Source: Anthoceros angustus (lineage: Eukaryota; Plantae; Anthocerotophyta). Taken from it: DNA of 64,000 nt. The position numbers were made by a program, and so were the translations under genes. Under the pieces are notes generated by a model, which saw only the letters and a list, made by a program, of their open reading frames with translations, searched no databases and was not told the origin of the DNA. Where the stretch lies: the NCBI GenBank assembly GCA_010909165.1, contig VJWM01000025.1:1674001-1738000 (forward strand), written 5' to 3'. Of this stretch, positions 58,810 through 64,000 are shown piece by piece (position 1 is the stretch's first letter; the number at the start of each line of letters is the position of its first letter).

Positions 58810-59345
58810 GTACCTTTGAGTGTATTGCTGGGGATATGGCACGGCGGCAAGTGTCCCCACCTATCACATATGGGGGCACATGTCTACTAGCCACGGAGGC
58901 GTCGGTGCCGACGGCCTTTCTTGGCAGCTGGGCCCTCTCTGCCCCTAGCTTGGCCTCTTGCTTCTTAATCAGCAGCTGGGCCCTCTCTGCCCCTAGCTTG
59001 GCCTCTTGCTTCTTAATCAGGAATGACCAAGGTTCACAAGTACACCCTCATGCAGGAAGATCATGCTTTCATTCCCCTTGCTACTGAGACTCAGAGGACC
59101 ATGGGCAAGGACTTCTCGAGGTTTATCAAGGCTTGCGCTAAAGCATACCATGTCCGCAAGAATGGGGTAGGTCTCCCTCTTTCATGTATGGAGGCTTTTT
59201 TATGGCAATGAATATCCATCACCATACAGAAAGCATTGGCAAATGCAATTTTTAGGACAGCTTTGAATGCGGGGACGCAACATCTTCAAGACCAGTAGTA
59301 AGTAGCGTGCTCTTCCCTATTCCAGCCCATGACATCTTGGGAGTG
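58810..59345 (+). mobile_element. Second CRE-like remnant: RT C-terminal region joined to the RLE C-terminus
   Basis: ARRQVSPPITYGGTCL...PTAFLGSWA, then KVHKY...FIPLATET...KACAKAYH...ISITIQKALA; homologous to 56590-56950. Confidence 0.7.
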
Positions 59346-59374
59346 GTAGGTAGCTTCAGGGTAGACTATTGGGA

Positions 59375-59960
59375 GGGCTAGTCCCCCTTGGCCTAGGGCC
59401 CTCTAGAGGGTTGTTCCCGTCGCATTGGGCTAGTCCCCCTTGGACTAGGGCCTTCTAGAGGGTTGTTCGTGACGCCCCAGGCGAGTCCCCCTTGACTTAT
59501 GGCCCTCTAGAGGGTTGTTCCCGTCGCCCCGGGCTAGTCCCCCTTGGCTTAGGGCCTTCTAGCTTCTAGAGGGTTGCTTCGCCTCGGGCTAGTCTCCTTG
59601 GCTTAGGGCCTTCTAGAGGGTTGCTTCGCCCCGGGCTAGTCCCCTTGGCTTAGGGCCTTCTAGCTTCTAGAGAGTTGCTTCGCCCCGGGCTAGTCCCCTT
59701 GGCTTAGGGCCTTCTAGCTTCTAGAGGGTTGCTTTGCCCCGGGCTAGTCTCCTTGGCTTAGGGCCTTCTAGAGGGTTGCTTTGCCCCGGGCTAGTCCCCT
59801 TGGCTTAGGGCCTTCTAGAGGGTTGCTTCCGTTGCCCCGAGCTAGTGCCCCGAGCTAGTGCCCCGGGCTAATCCCCCTTGGCTTAGGTCCTCTAGAGTAT
59901 TGTTTTGCCCCGGGCTAGTGCCGGGCTAGTCTCCCTTGGCTTAGGGTCCTCTAGAGCATT
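59375..59960. repeat. About 44-48-bp GC-rich tandem array, about 13 copies
   Basis: Unit ccccgggctagtccccttggcttagggccttctagagggttgcttcg. Confidence 0.9.
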
Positions 59961-60892
59961 GTTCTCGTCGCCCCATTGTAAACTTCCCATCTCTACAGAT
60001 TTATAAAGTCTCCACATTTTTGCTATTGAGGAAGCAGGGATATATTGAGAAAGTAGTGTTTGATATACATTCAATGAAGTGCATACAAAACTTTCTAGGT
60101 GGTAAAGAGGTCTACTCTAAAAATGAATATCACCAACTAAATTTAGAAAGAAAATCTTAATTTATAAACTATTTACCATTAAATTAACTAAAATACAATT
60201 TTATTATATTTAATATTAGTATGTCTGAAAGTGATTAGTTATCAGCGGTAGGTCTCTAAGTGATAGGTTATGCATATATACTCAAGTTTGATCAAATCTA
60301 CATGACAGGATTGAGTGATTCAGTTTGGGCCGCTGTGTACTACTAATGTTACAACAAAACGTTCCCCTAGGTGAGGGAAATATCTTCCGACTAACCAGCA
60401 AGGCCCACGAATACAGTCCTATACACAGCCAAAACCTATGAAAATGTGGAGAGAGGATAAAATGTGTAGAAGGGAGTTTTCCCAAAGAAGATCAACCTTG
60501 TGTTTCTCCGAATAGGCTAAACCAAGCTTGCCTGTCGAGAGTGTGATAAGTCTCCTCAATGAAGGAGGAAGAGTGGTTCCGATGGACTCAAAATTCTTGG
60601 CACGTCCTGCAGATTTCATGTTTTCTCTTGGTTGTCAAGAAGGTCCGACGATGGGCACGGAGAGCCAACATTAGTCAGTTAGGGTCACGATACGCACCTC
60701 ATCACATTATTGTGCCCACCTCGTTCGCGTGAGCTAAAACGTTGGAAGTGGAGCTCACAGCAGTTGAGAAAAATGGTCAGCCTGTCCGGTGAGAACCACA
60801 AGATCAGTGTGTAACTGGACAGCAGGATTGGTACCAGCACTCAAGAATGCATCGTGCTAATACCACTACTAGTACCTGAGAAGGTGGAGGGG

Positions 60893-62795
60893 CTATTGGC
60901 CCCGTCTTGGAGAATCGAGCGTGGGTTTTGAGCCTGCTGTTGGCGACTTTGCGGACTCAGCTGATCCAGGATTAACCTTGTCCCCAGAACCTGCCTCCCA
61001 AGCATCTCTAGTTACCCGTGCTGCTGCAGGCAATCCAGGTACTCCGGGGCTGCTGCTTACCGCCACAGACTGTTCTTGGCGCTGCCTTTCAGCTGAGCTG
61101 CTCGTGAGTCCTTGGGCAGGGGCTCCATGGGCTCCTCCAGCCGTCTGCGGCCTGGGACCATTGCTGGAGATGGCAGTGGCCAGTGATATGGGCATCAAAC
61201 AGAGTCCCTTGCTTTGCAAATACTGCATGGCAGAGCCCATGTCCTGCTCCATCAAACGTGCCACCTCCCGTTCTGTCAAGGCAAGCCCCTCCGAAGCTGG
61301 ACCCGAGGCTCCACCACTGCGACCAATGCTTGCAGCCACAAAGCTGCTGGGCCCCTGATGACAAACAAAGTGGGAGCAGGTGTCAGCGAAGCTCACATAG
61401 CCCGGATCTCTCAGCAGGGATGCACCCCCATGGTAAGTATACAACTACCTCGGAAGGGAGATCTGCGACGAGGGGAGCCACAGCACCAGCTCCACCGAGC
61501 CTGCTCATGCTCAGCACCTGCGAAAGTCGGAAGCAGTACATTTCATTTCATTTCATGTCATATAATGAAATGCATGTCACACCTTCACGCAGATCCTCTA
61601 GAGACCTGCTATCACTTTGGGTCAGAGGCAAGTCAGTCATTACCTTGACTTGCAGCTGCAGAAACTTGACGTAGTCTATGATCTCGTCAAGCATCGAGGC
61701 CTTATCAGTCTGCAGAACGTGAACACAAACAGACAGTGAAGAAGCAGGAAGCAACATCCCATGCGAGCAGAGAATGCAGAAACAACCACAAGGCGCTACC
61801 TTGTTGGAGTTGGGGACGAGGTCTTGCAACGCCTTCATCCTTTCAGCTATCCTTTCCTGCGAAGCTGGTGACCCAACACGACAGGTTATCCCACGCTCTC
61901 CAGTCCGGCCAAACAGCTGCACAGGTGCGATACAGCAGCGAAAGCCATACCCGCTCTGCAATGCTGTGCGGGTCCGTAGCTTGACCACGCCGTGCACGAA
62001 CCCGAGGTCTCGCAACAACTGGAGCCGCAGGCTGGTGGGGAGCAAGGCCAGGCGGGGCTCCGTAAATCTGCCCCCCTTGCATGGGCGGTGAAAGCCCTTG
62101 CGATGGAGCATTCCCGTGCTGCACATTCGGCCAACGAGGAAACGTCAGATTTGACATGGTACTCGACTCGCCCTTCCTCCTCCCCTCGCCAAAGGCACAA
62201 AGCATGCAGAAATGCATGCAAATGCGGAACAACTGTGGGATCTGTGCTCACCGTGCTTCCAGCAGAGCGGCCGTCCCGAGACATGTCTTCCTCATCCCTG
62301 CCTCTCTTCCCCAGCAGAGCTTCCGAGGCGGCGGCGTCTCCCAAGCTCGCCATGGGGGGCGGGGAACTCCTCCCACATAGGGTTGCCGCCATGTGGGAGC
62401 GATGGGCGGAGGAGACTGATCCCGAGGAGCCTGCTGCTGCTGGCCCGGGAACCTTCGCTGCCACTGCTCCCGACGGAGGAGATCTCTGCAGCCTTCCGGA
62501 ACCCGGTGCCAAGGCTGCACGTACCACAAGGTGAGGCCAGGAAGAGGAATCGGATGCCGATGCGGGCTCGGCTCCGGGAAGCGAGATGATCTTCACTCCA
62601 GGAGAAGGAGGAAGAAGGTAGAAGAAGAAGGAGAAGGTTTTGGAAAGCCATGGTTTGTTTTATCTCGTACCTGGAAGGTCTTGGTGATGGAGTTGATGCT
62701 GGTGCGGGAGCCGGGTGACCATGCTCGGGTCGTGACGCCTGTCCGTGCCGTAGTGTAAGCTTTCTCCTGGAGGCAAGAGGGACATGGTGAAGAGC
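60893..62795 (-). CDS. LRL: bHLH transcription factor, LRL (subfamily XI) class; 5' end cut by a duplication junction
   Basis: [19 protein letters not shown] | (LR)[20 protein letters not shown] | [22 protein letters not shown] | ...[37 protein letters not shown] (LRL domain). Confidence 0.92.
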
Positions 62796-64000
62796 TTGGG
62801 CAGGGGCTCCATGGGCTCCTCCAGCCGTCTGCGGCCTGGGACCATTGCTGGAGATGGCAGTGGCCAGTGATATGGGCATCAAACAGAGTCCCTTGCTTTG
62901 CAAATACTGCATGGCAGAGCCCATGTCCTGCTCCATCAAACGTGCCACCTCCCGTTCTGTCAAGGCAAGCCCTCCGAAGCTGGACCCGAGGCTCCACCAC
63001 TGCGACCAATGCTTGCAGCCACAAAGCTGCTGGGCCCTGATGACAAAACAAAGTGGGAGCAGGTGTCAGCGAAGCTCACATAGCCCGGATCTCTCAGCAG
63101 GGATGCACCCCCATGGTAAGTATACAACTACCTCGGAAGGGAGATCTGCGACGAGGGGAGCCACAGCACCAGCTCCACCGAGCCTGCTCATGCTCAGCAC
63201 CTGCGAAAGTCGGAAGCAGTACATTTCATTTCATTTCATGTCATATAATGAAATGCATGTCACACCTTCACGCAGATCCTCTAGAGACCTGCTATCACTT
63301 TGGGTCAGAGGCAAGTCAGTCATTACCTTGACTTGCAGCTGCAGAAACTTGACGTAGTCTATGATCTCGTCAAGCATCGAGGCCTTATCAGTCTGCAGAA
63401 CGTGAACACAAACAGACAGTGAAGAAGCAGGAAGCAACATCCCATGCGAGCAGAGAATGCAGAAACAACCACAAGGCGCTACCTTGTTGGAGTTGGGGAC
63501 GAGGTCTTGCAACGCCTTCATCCTTTCAGCTATCCTTTCCTGCGAAGCTGGTGACCCAACACGACAGGTTATCCCACGCTCTCCAGTCCGGCCAAACAGC
63601 TGCACAGGTGCGATACAGCAGCGAAAGCCATACCCGCTCTGCAATGCTGTGCGGGTCCGTAGCTTGACCACGCCGTGCACGAACCCGAGGTCTCGCAACA
63701 ACTGGAGCCGCAGGCTGGTGGGGAGCAAGGCCAGGCGGGGCTCCGTAAATCTGCCCCCCTTGCATGGGCGGTGAAAGCCCTTGCGATGGAGCATTCCGTG
63801 CTGCACATTCGGCCAACGAGGAAACGTCAGATTTGACATGGTACTCGACTCGCCCTTCCTCCTCCCTCGCCAAAGGCACAAAGCATGCAGAAATGCATGC
63901 AAATGCGGAACAACTGTGGGATCTGTGCTCACCGTGCTTCCAGCAGAGCGGCCGTCCCGAGACATGTCTTCCTCATCCCTGCCTCTCTTCCCCAGCAGAG
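62796..64000 (-). repeat. Near-identical second copy of the LRL region (offset about 1683 bp), probable assembly artefact
   Basis: Matches 61110-62315. The differences seen are homopolymer length changes (ccc/cccc, aaa/aaaa). Confidence 0.8.

Noticed and set aside
62796-64000. Second LRL paralogue
   Set aside because: It differs from the first copy only by homopolymer indels and truncates it mid-gene, so it is treated as an assembly artefact.

Overview
Gene-dense plant nuclear DNA with short GT-AG introns. It most likely comes from a hornwort such as Anthoceros. This is an inference from a DYW:KP-type and a WW-type PPR editing factor, a motile-sperm gene (TTLL9) and the compact gene spacing. 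Recognisable genes: PLS-PPR-DYW:KP (interrupted by one in-frame TGA at a 297-bp duplication), an intronless vWA + alpha-kinase, a large low-complexity unknown, two tandem RPL15 copies, FolD, two secreted single-DUF26 proteins, a transmembrane RLK-type pseudokinase, an EFM4/METTL10-like methyltransferase, a Root_cap-domain secreted protein, a PLS-E+ (WW) PPR, an F-box/kelch-like gene, a 12-exon TTLL9 and an LRL-class bHLH. Between them lie decayed gene fragments (CAMK/CIPK-like kinases, RLK, PPR, SmD2, RPS13), two CRE-like non-LTR retroelement remnants and several minisatellite arrays. Two kb-scale tandem duplications differ mostly by small indels and are probably long-read assembly artefacts. 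The most notable observations are the alpha-kinase, the U-to-C editor candidate, an F-box preceded by tandem copies of its own first helix and bracketed by a shared repeat family, and a set of intact genes in AT-rich islands. All family assignments come from motif recognition by eye; no searches were run.
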